From the NCBI RefSeq assembly GCF_000253055.1, contig NC_016070.1:1710001-1742000 (forward strand): a stretch of DNA of 32,000 nucleotides. Reading direction: 5' to 3'. This document shows, one piece after another, positions 18,399 through 25,787 of this stretch. Made by a program: the position numbers and the translations under genes. A model generated the notes under the pieces. It did no database searches. It had not been told where the DNA came from and saw nothing but the letters and a program-made list of their open reading frames with translations. Source of the stretch: Thermoproteus tenax Kra 1 (GTDB lineage: Archaea > Thermoproteota > Thermoprotei > Thermoproteales > Thermoproteaceae). The stretch's first letter is position 1. Each line of letters opens with the position of its first letter.

Positions 18399-18492
18399 CG
18401 GGCCCGGTGGGATTCGAACCCACGACCTACGGCTCGCTCCGGCGGCAACGCCGTAGAAGGCCGCCGCTCTATCCATGCTGAGCTACGGGCCC
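18399..18492 (-). tRNA. tRNA-Arg(TCT) with a 19-nt intron at 37/38 (18435-18453)
   Basis: GGGCCCG/CGGGCCC acceptor; D-arm GCTC...GAGC; anticodon arm GCGGC-CTTCTA^...^A-GCCGT; T-arm GTGGG-TTCGAAT-CCCAC; G73. Confidence 0.93.
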
Positions 18493-18550
18493 CAGCGCTA
18501 TCTAAATGTGGCTTTTTATGGTTTCCGCCTTGTTGTGAAGAGAACGCAGG

Positions 18551-18670
18551 CGGGCCCGGTGGGATTCGAACCCACGACCTACGGGTTTCCACGGGCGCCA
18601 CGCGCCCTTAAGAGCCTCGGCGGACTTAGACTGGTTCCACCGCCGCTCTACCAGGCTGAGCTACGGGCCC
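18551..18670 (-). tRNA. tRNA-Lys(CTT) with two introns (24 nt at about 30/31 and 22 nt at 37/38)
   Basis: Acceptor GGGCCCG/CGGGCCC, T-arm GTGGG-TTCGAAT-CCCAC. Removing 18616-18639 and 18587-18608 gives anticodon arm GCGGG-CTCTTAA-CCCGT, a standard 74-nt tRNA with G73. Confidence 0.9.
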
Positions 18671-18734
18671 CTCCTCCTCTTGTTAACTGGGCTTTTAAAT
18701 ATTCAACCCCCTTAGCTCACAGGCTGTTTGAGTC

Positions 18735-18794
18735 ATGGGTATATTCAAACGCAAGGAGAAAATTAAACGGATGCGGGGACGCAAGAGGAGCTGA
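18735..18794 (+). other. Possible short basic ORF (MGIFKRKEKIKRMRGRKRS*) followed in frame by a hydrophobic segment after the stop
   Basis: ATG at 18735 and TGA at 18792-18794. The same frame continues ITNGWAIIIFGVVIFVLNMVLGGTLALIVPRSGQ* to 18899. Confidence 0.2.
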
Positions 18795-19008
18795 ATCACT
18801 AATGGATGGGCGATAATAATATTCGGCGTAGTAATATTCGTCCTCAATATGGTACTAGGCGGTACCTTGGCCCTTATAGTTCCCCGTTCTGGTCAGTAGG
18901 CTTCTCGGCCAGTAAACTTTTCTTCATTGGTACGGGCGGGAGGCGCGCGCCGGCCACAGGCGCCGCAGTCGAGCTCAACCTTAAAAACCCTCGAAATTCA
19001 ATCATTAC

Positions 19009-19129
19009 GCGGCGGTAGTCTAGCCTGGTTGGGGCAATCGGCTAGCCCCCAGAGTAGGATGGCGGCCTTCCAAGCCGTTGGCGGGCAGACGCCCGGCGGA
19101 GATCCCGGGTTCGAATCCCGGCCGCCGCA
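19009..19129 (+). tRNA. tRNA-Gly(TCC) with two non-canonical introns (about 25 nt in the D-loop, about 21 nt in the variable loop)
   Basis: Acceptor GCGGCGG/CCGCCGC-A73; anticodon arm GCGGC-CTTCCAA-GCCGT intact; T-arm CCGGG-TTCGAAT-CCCGG. Insertions at about 19031-19055 and 19081-19101. TATA-like CCTTAAAAACC upstream. Confidence 0.9.
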
Positions 19130-19433
19130 TGTGGTCTCTCTAATATGACGTTCAGCGACCTCTGGAGGCTAAGTCAAGAGGGAAGTAGGAAGTGAGATCG
19201 CCGATCGGCATTTATTCGCCCCGACGTGTTTGCAGATCTCAGCTTCGCAGAGATTTTCGGCTTACTTTGTCCATCCCTCATAGCTAGCGGGTATATCGCC
19301 CCAGTACACGCTTTATGTAGACGCATACAGGGCGCTGAAAGTCTAAGCCCGGTGGAATCTGGTTGAGGCGGAGTCCTCGACCGCGGGAATGGTACTGGCC
19401 GCCGGCCTCGCCCCAGTGTGCCCGGGCGAGCCC

Positions 19434-20201
19434 CTAGCGTGCCTCGCTCTGGCTCCGAGCTTTCGCCTCCTTGCGCGTTGAGATAAGCCATACCACTGTC
19501 TGAACCCAACCCGCCAATCTGCCCATCTTCTCCGATGCTTGGGCCCTCAGACAGTTCCTCCTGAGGGGGCACTCCTCGCACACGTAGCGAGCACACAGCT
19601 CTGCGCGGGGCGGAACTCCCTTAAGGCCCAGCTGGGGGGCATACCTTATGAAGTGTTTGTCCACAGGCACAGCAGTAGTATCCCCCGTGAACAAAAGGTA
19701 TAAGTCCGCCACCTTGGCCCCCACTCCTCTTATCCTCACTAAGTCCGACCTGGTTCTGGGCTTTGTCGAGAGGTACTCCCTCAGAGCCTCCGGCAACATC
19801 TTGAGTTGGTAGCTGTTGCCGAGTGCGGGGGCCGCCTCAGCTATATCGTTCAAGTCCTCAGAGCGCGAAAATAAAGCGCGCGTCCACTTGAGCACATTTG
19901 TGTGATAGCTTGTGTTCTGAGTCAAAAATGCTGCGACGAATATCAGCCCCTCATCGCCGGGCGATATAGAGAGCCCGACGCAACCTGCGTATCTCTCCAG
20001 AAGTCTTGTGACGCTCTCCTCGACGTCCTTGCTTAAATCGCCGATGTAGCGCCGTGGGTCGAACCATCTCCCTGAGAGGTGCGGATCATCGGCCACGTTA
20101 ACGCCCTTTCTGACGCCGAACCTCTTCACGTAGGTCTCGCCAGACTTCTCCACTAGTGTTAAAGTGAGACTGGGATAGAGCGTTAAGTCTAAACAGTTCA
20201 T
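19434..20201 (-). CDS. HhH-GPD superfamily DNA glycosylase/AP lyase with C-terminal Fe-S-like Cys cluster
   Basis: FVAAFLTQNTSYHTNVLKW, LVRIRGVGAKVADLYLLFTGDTTAVPVDKHFIRY (HhH-K...D), CARYVCEECPLRRNC. Confidence 0.78.
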   Translation of the reverse strand: MNCLDLTLYPSLTLTLVEKSGETYVKRFGVRKGVNVADDPHLSGRWFDPRRYIGDLSKDVEESVTRLLERYAGCVGLSISPGDEGLIFVAAFLTQNTSYHTNVLKWTRALFSRSEDLNDIAEAAPALGNSYQLKMLPEALREYLSTKPRTRSDLVRIRGVGAKVADLYLLFTGDTTAVPVDKHFIRYAPQLGLKGVPPRAELCARYVCEECPLRRNCLRAQASEKMGRLAGWVQTVVWLISTRKEAKARSQSEAR

Positions 20202-20965
20202 ATCATAGAAACAGGTACCCCCGAGGGGGTCACCGCTCTCGTCGGCTTAAGCCGCCGGGCCCTCATGAGCTTCACCACATGGGGGTAGAGGATAACGTAC
20301 TCGACGTCTATACATTCGGCGAGCTTCGGATGTATTCCGGCCAGAGCTCTCTCGAGCTCTCTGGCGCTTTCCTCCGTTGAGAAACCCAACATGGCGGCTG
20401 GGTATACATCTCTGCAAGGGGCCATTCCGGCATTGACCAAGTTACTGATAGCATCGAGCTGCCGACGAAAGTAGGCGCGGGGAGACATCGTTATCAGCTC
20501 GAACTCCTCCGGCGTCGCGCCCTTAATGGACACCCTCACGACGACGTTGGGAAAGGCGGCTAGCCGCCTTGCTAGCGTATCGTCGATCAAAATGCCGTTA
20601 GTCTCCACGACGAAGATATAGTCATGCGGTATCCCCTTAAGCACGCCTATCAGATGGTCGGCTGCTATCGTGGGCTCGCCCCCAGAGATCCTTAGCTGTG
20701 TGTAGCCCCTCGTCTTTGCGAGCTCCATTAACCTCTCGGCGACTTGTTCGGGCGCCAGAAAATCGCCAACGTCTAGCCTGAAGGACGAATTGCGCCACGC
20801 CCAGCACATGCCACACCTAAGATTGCAACCGACTATGTCGGCGGTCGCTATTCCGCCGTACCAACGGTCGAGCCTAAATCTGAAGTAGCGCCTTAGCGTC
20901 CTCTCTCCCTCCCTCTTCACAGCGAATTTCAACACCAGCTGCGTAAGAGCCTCTGGATCTATCAC
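20198..20965 (-). CDS. Radical SAM protein
   Basis: CNLRCGMCW (CX3CX2C), LRISGGEPTI, VVETNGILID, VVVRVSIKGATPEEFE. ATGA overlap with the downstream glycosylase. Confidence 0.87.
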   Translation of the reverse strand: MIDPEALTQLVLKFAVKREGERTLRRYFRFRLDRWYGGIATADIVGCNLRCGMCWAWRNSSFRLDVGDFLAPEQVAERLMELAKTRGYTQLRISGGEPTIAADHLIGVLKGIPHDYIFVVETNGILIDDTLARRLAAFPNVVVRVSIKGATPEEFELITMSPRAYFRRQLDAISNLVNAGMAPCRDVYPAAMLGFSTEESARELERALAGIHPKLAECIDVEYVILYPHVVKLMRARRLKPTRAVTPSGVPVSMI

Positions 20966-21061
20966 GAACTCTACCTAGCTTGCGATTTAAAACCTCCTCG
21001 ACGTAGGCCCTTAGTTTTTCGTATTCCACAGTAATTATCGAGAATATTTAAGCGACTTACC

Positions 21062-21840
21062 TCAGAAATTGCTCCCCTTCACAACACCGGCCTTCCCCGG
21101 GGGAGCTCGGAGCGCGCGCCCGAGCCGCGCTGGGCAACCCAGGCGCGCGGGGGCCCGGCCGCGCCCGTGCGTTCGGGCTCGCCGGCTTCTACAGACGGCC
21201 GGATCCCCAAGGCCGGTGGGTTCATGCGAGAGAAATGTTACGAGGTTAAAAGTAAGATGGACGCCGAAAAAGCGGGTTGTTTTGTCTTCTGGAGTAGCTC
21301 CCAGTACCTCCTCTTTGCCCATATCAGCGGCACGTTGTCTCTGTGGTCTGAGAAGCCGCAGACAGGGCAACGCATAACGCGCCTTCTTTCCTCCTCCATC
21401 TCTGCTCCACAGCGGGGGCAGACAGTTGAGTACAGTCTTTCCTCAAGATACGGCAGTCCGTACCACTGCGCGAGCGCTTGTAGGCGCCTCCTCAGCTGTC
21501 CCAAACCGTCTAGAAAGTGTTTCCTCACTCCGCTCCCGTCGCCCTCCTTCAGTTCCCGATAACTCTCCTCCTCCATCGTGTCCACCACGATCGCGGCCTG
21601 ATGCTCCCTCGCCAGCTTAATTATCTCGCCAACGACGTCTTTAACGACGCCTCTTATCTTTCTATACCGCCGAGACTTGAGGTGGCGGGCTCTCTCCTCG
21701 AGACGTCTCCTTCTGGCGGGGTCCGCCTCCCTCGCGGCCCGCTCGTCGAGACGGCTTATCTCCTCGTGGAGTCTCCTCAGTTCTCTCACCGCGTCGCCGT
21801 TAGGCAGGTGAACCGGAGTAGTTGAAAGAGTATCTCCTTA
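21062..21840 (-). pseudogene. Degraded TnpB-family (IS200/IS605 OrfB) gene, C-terminal half
   Basis: The minus-strand ORF 21238-21789 has KSRRYRKIRGVVKDVVGEIIKLAREHQAAIVVDT..., DGLGQLRRRLQALAQWYGLPYLEERLYSTVCPRCGAEM...MRCPVCGFSDHRDNVP (zinc ribbon plus RuvC-III-like DHRD). The N-terminal half is missing and there is an in-frame stop at 21838-21840. A further reading frame (21062-21370) follows downstream. Confidence 0.7.
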
Positions 21841-21988
21841 ACTAGTTTTTCTTCCCCGCGCCGGGCACACACATGGGCCGAGTCCCTGTGGAGCCCAAAG
21901 CGGTTATCGCCGTTGACGTAAACCGCCTTGACCACGGAATTGGTCACAACGAAATGCCCCGCCCTTTAGGGCGGAGGCGGAACGCAGG

Positions 21989-24900
21989 TCACCTCTTGAG
22001 AACCTCCTCGATAAACTCCTCGAATAGCTCGTCCAACACGGCTCTATAGTCCCTCCTGCCGTTCTCCACATCGTCCATGAACCTCTCAATGAGCCTCGTT
22101 CTCTCCTCGCTCACTAACTTCCCGAAATTGCTCTTGAGGTATTGGTAGACCTCTATGCCCCTCTTGGTCGGTATCATGAACTTGCGGCGCCCCCTCACCA
22201 CGACGTATCCCCTTTTTGAGAGCACCTCCAGGATCTTTGCGTAGGTGCTTGGTCTGCCGATACCCCTCTCCTTCATGAGCCGCAACACGTCGGCCTGCGA
22301 CAGGAGCTCTACGTGCCTTTTGGCATACGTTATTTTTATCGGCGACTCGCCCTCCCGCAGAGGCCTTGCCTCTTCAACAGTCCGATACATCCTCAAGAAG
22401 CCCTCCTCCTTTATTTCGACGACCCTCTCTACCTCAGCCTTATATCCGCCGGCCTCTACCTCATATTTCTCCACTCTGACCAACGCCTCGCGCATCTGGC
22501 TTGACATAAACCTCCTGAATATGAGCTCGTATGCTGCATAGTGGTTTCTCGTCAGCCTTATAGTCGGCTGTATTACGCCAGCCGCCACCAGTCCCCGTAG
22601 CTCCTCGGCGTCGATGGGCCTCGTGGGCCTTATCGCCTCGTGGGCGCCCTCCTCGCCGGTCGCCCACGGCCTGGCCTTGAAGAGATCGGCGCCGAACCTC
22701 TTGGATATATACTCCCTCGCTATACCGATGCCTGTGGCAGAGACTCTGGTGCTGTCCGTGCGGTGGTAAGTGATGAAGCCGCTTTCAAAGAGGTCCTGGG
22801 CGATGGCCATGGCCTGCTCAGCAGTTATTCCCAACTTATTCACGGCATCCCTCATGTATTCGTCCGTGGTATAGGGCGGTGGCGGCTGGAGAACCACCTC
22901 TCTGCCCTCAAGCCTCTTTATTCTGACGCGCCCCTCGCTCTTAAGAGCCTTGTAGGAGTCCTCTGGCAACGTCAGTCTAATTGAGCCGTCCTCCAGCTCG
23001 ATCGTTACATCGAACTTCCTCTCCGCCCTAGAGCTCTGATAACGTTCAACGATCCAACCGAGGACAGGGCTCTGTACTCTTCCCGCCGAGAGAAATGCGA
23101 GCCCGTGAGCCTCTTGAACTCTTCTGCTCAGCCCAAATCCTATCCACCTATCCTCAACTCTTCTGACCATCTGGGCCGCCACCATGGGCAAATTGACGTC
23201 CCTAGGCGAGGAGAGGGCATTGACTATGGCTCTCCGGGTCACCTCGTGGAACTCAATCCTCTTGATTGAGCCGACGTAAGGTCTCAACGCTAGATATACG
23301 TCGTACGCTATCTTCTCTCCCTCTGAATCTGGGTCGGTGCCCAACAACACAAGGTCGACCTCAGAGGCCAAGTTCCTAAGAGTTGAGATTATATCGAGGG
23401 GCTGGCAATTCTCCGGTACCTCCGTGTCGTCAACATACGAAGCCCCTGGACACTTATAGATTCTATTATAGACCGGAATATAGCCATCCTCGGTCTTGAA
23501 CACAGCGTAATCCTCTGGGCTATATATCTCCGAGAGGGTGCGCCCCACGGCTCTGAGGACCCTCTCTTTCTCGCTCGGCTCGATCTTCGCCAAACTGGTC
23601 GGAAGTTCGTAGATGTGCCCCATCGTCGCTATTACTGTGAGCATCATATCGCCCGTAGATACCTCGTAGGCCGGCACGCCGCCCACTATAAGCATATTGG
23701 GTCTTCCAAAGAACGACGCAATAGTCCTGGCCTTGGTGGGGGATTCGACCACCAACAACACGCTCTTCATGATATCTCTCGCCGAAAGCTCCTCCGGTTT
23801 GAAGCTGCCCGAAAGTATTCGTCTGATAGTTTCGCGGTCTGAGTCTACCTCCCTCAATATCTTATCTAGATCTGTCTCGGCTAAGTCGTAGAACTTGACT
23901 TCGTCGAACCTTAGCTCCAGCTCCCTCCTGAGCGCGTGCAAGACCTTCTCGTCGTCGACTAGAATAACGCTGAGACCTCTCGAGAGCCCACCTGCGTAGA
24001 GCCTTGACGTTCTGCCACTCCCTTGTATATATGTCGTCACATCGGGCAGTAACACGTAGAGCTGTCCATCTATGTAAGTCAGCTTCACCTCAGTGGAGGT
24101 CTCTATAGCTCTTTTTACATCGTCCCTAGAGAGTATCAAGCCGACGAACTCAACGGCCGACTTGACCACGTTTAATAGATACTCCTCGAAGGAGTTCTTA
24201 GGCCCCTCGGTCAGCACCTTCTCCAGACCTGCAGTATACGGCGCAATCCGCCTTAGTTGTGCAATCAATCTATCGGCCTTGAACTTCAACTCTTGAGGCA
24301 AGACTCCTCTCACGTTGTAGAGAAACGCAAGATAGGCAGGGGCCGAGAACTCGTCCAGCTTTACTCTGAACTTGAACTTGGGTATCCCCACGAAGATCAC
24401 GTATCTGATCACGTGCGGCATATCTATCCCTCTCACTAGCGCCGAGCGGGCAGAGGCGAGGCCCACCAATGCGTCCAATTCTCCTCTCTCGAAGGCCTCT
24501 AACACCTTGCGGCGGGGCCGGAAGAAGTGCTCCGCCTTGATCCCCTCTCCCTTGAGATATTCGACTAGTTCTCTGCCCAGATCTTTATCTTGTACATAGA
24601 TTATGCCGCCAGATCCGAGCCTTTTGACGAGGGCGGCCACCTGCGCCCTCGGATCCTCGGAGAGCTTTGCGTACACGTCGTATACGTTCCTAAGCCCCTC
24701 CGCCCTCCCGCCTACATCGAAGCCCAATAATTCTCTAAATAGGAGTAACCTAGTGGTTCTCCGCGCCTTCGCCAACGCCCCCGAGGCTATAAAGACGCCC
24801 AACTTGAGCCTGGCCTTCAGCCTTCTGAGCTCCTCCCTTTTCCTTTTTATCTCAACGTCGCTCTCCTCGAGCCCCTTTTCATCCCCGCCTAACATCTGCC

Positions 24901-25660
24901 TCGCCCTTTTCTTGTTCAGCTCGATGATATCGAGAGCCAGATTGAGCGCCTCATCGGTAGCCCCCAGAAGCCTCAACAACCTCTCTATGTTCTTGCTCGT
25001 AGCCCTCAAGACGCTGTCTACGTCGTCTGTGGCTATGAAGATGAACTTATACTTTGCCAATACGTCGAAATATTTGGGCAAAAAGGCCGACGTGATAATC
25101 AATATATCGAAATCCCCTTCCTCTATCCTCTTAAGGGCCTCTTCCCTCTCTTGTTCCCTCAACATTGTGTTATAGCTGATTATACGGCCGCTGTAATTAG
25201 CCCTTGCCGAGTAGTCCAACAGCTTTTTGTATGCCTGATAGGCCAGCGCTGACGTGGGGAAGACCAACAAGACCTTGCCCCCTCTGGCCATATACAACGA
25301 TGACACTAAAAGGAAGGTAGTTTTGCCAGAGCCCGTCGGGGCCACTACGGCGAAGCTCTTTCCGGCCGCAAGGCGCTTGGCCCACAGCCTCTGCGCGCCC
25401 CACATGCGGAAACCCACAACTTTCTCAAACAATACGTTCAACTCCTCATATCTCCTTAAGACCTCGTCGAGAGTAGCCAACTCCTTGAGGGAACCCTCGC
25501 TCTTAAGCGCCTGAATAACGCTCTTGAGGTTCTCCAGTTTCAGAGCTCTGGGCAGGCACTCGGAGCAGGGCAAGCCCTGGGCCAGCCTGGACGAGTCCAC
25601 GGCCCCGCCACAGTTGGGGCAACTATGAAGATATATCGCGCGTATAGTCTTGAAGTCCAC
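21989..25660 (-). CDS. rgy: Reverse gyrase (helicase-like plus topoisomerase I domains)
   Basis: CPNCGG...CSEC N-terminal zinc motif; AAGKSFAVVAPTGSGKTTF; TDDVDSVL; TOPRIM GTDPDSEGEKIAYD; MGHIYELPTSL; catalytic FITYHRTDSTRVS. 1223 aa, GTG start. Confidence 0.97.
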   Translation of the reverse strand: MDFKTIRAIYLHSCPNCGGAVDSSRLAQGLPCSECLPRALKLENLKSVIQALKSEGSLKELATLDEVLRRYEELNVLFEKVVGFRMWGAQRLWAKRLAAGKSFAVVAPTGSGKTTFLLVSSLYMARGGKVLLVFPTSALAYQAYKKLLDYSARANYSGRIISYNTMLREQEREEALKRIEEGDFDILIITSAFLPKYFDVLAKYKFIFIATDDVDSVLRATSKNIERLLRLLGATDEALNLALDIIELNKKRARQMLGGDEKGLEESDVEIKRKREELRRLKARLKLGVFIASGALAKARRTTRLLLFRELLGFDVGGRAEGLRNVYDVYAKLSEDPRAQVAALVKRLGSGGIIYVQDKDLGRELVEYLKGEGIKAEHFFRPRRKVLEAFERGELDALVGLASARSALVRGIDMPHVIRYVIFVGIPKFKFRVKLDEFSAPAYLAFLYNVRGVLPQELKFKADRLIAQLRRIAPYTAGLEKVLTEGPKNSFEEYLLNVVKSAVEFVGLILSRDDVKRAIETSTEVKLTYIDGQLYVLLPDVTTYIQGSGRTSRLYAGGLSRGLSVILVDDEKVLHALRRELELRFDEVKFYDLAETDLDKILREVDSDRETIRRILSGSFKPEELSARDIMKSVLLVVESPTKARTIASFFGRPNMLIVGGVPAYEVSTGDMMLTVIATMGHIYELPTSLAKIEPSEKERVLRAVGRTLSEIYSPEDYAVFKTEDGYIPVYNRIYKCPGASYVDDTEVPENCQPLDIISTLRNLASEVDLVLLGTDPDSEGEKIAYDVYLALRPYVGSIKRIEFHEVTRRAIVNALSSPRDVNLPMVAAQMVRRVEDRWIGFGLSRRVQEAHGLAFLSAGRVQSPVLGWIVERYQSSRAERKFDVTIELEDGSIRLTLPEDSYKALKSEGRVRIKRLEGREVVLQPPPPYTTDEYMRDAVNKLGITAEQAMAIAQDLFESGFITYHRTDSTRVSATGIGIAREYISKRFGADLFKARPWATGEEGAHEAIRPTRPIDAEELRGLVAAGVIQPTIRLTRNHYAAYELIFRRFMSSQMREALVRVEKYEVEAGGYKAEVERVVEIKEEGFLRMYRTVEEARPLREGESPIKITYAKRHVELLSQADVLRLMKERGIGRPSTYAKILEVLSKRGYVVVRGRRKFMIPTKRGIEVYQYLKSNFGKLVSEERTRLIERFMDDVENGRRDYRAVLDELFEEFIEEVLKR

Positions 25661-25689
25661 TGATAAACTGATGGGTATAAAAATGCCCT

Positions 25690-25785
25690 TGTGTGCTCCG
25701 TAGCCTCGGAGTCGCCAAGGCCGGCCCGGCCCCAGATGACGCTGGAACGGGACTGGGGCTCAGGGGGCTCAGGCGCGAAGCTAAA
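25690..25785 (+). ncRNA. Possible structured RNA between the reverse gyrase 5' end and the etfA 3' end
   Basis: TATA-like GGGTATAAAAATG at 25673-25684 on the plus strand, then stems CTCCG-TAGCCT-CGGAG and GCCCCAG(17-nt loop)CTGGGGC, then tandem GGGGCTCAG x2. No good ORF. Confidence 0.25.
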
Positions 25786-25787
25786 AT

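Noticed and set aside
17411-18601. 396-aa ORF as a full-length protein
   Set aside because: The first 78 codons are antisense-free translation through tRNA-Arg and part of tRNA-Lys. The DHH domain starts at MRMTILAHGDSDG (18367).
18306-18816. Plus- and minus-strand ORFs with RAHTEHT/'GGIRTHDLRVSTGATR'-type peptides
   Set aside because: These are typical translations of tRNA genes and their T-arms (GGTTCGAATCC), not proteins.
19130-19430. Possible integrase or attachment-site remnant after tRNA-Gly
   Set aside because: No repeat of the tRNA 3' end was found nearby and no convincing integrase motif was seen. Only weak, frame-interrupted peptides (for example VFADLSFAEIFGLLCPS) are present.
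21069-21377. 102-aa plus-strand ORF
   Set aside because: Lies antisense to TnpB remnant DNA; Arg/Ala/Gly-rich composition and no recognisable motif.
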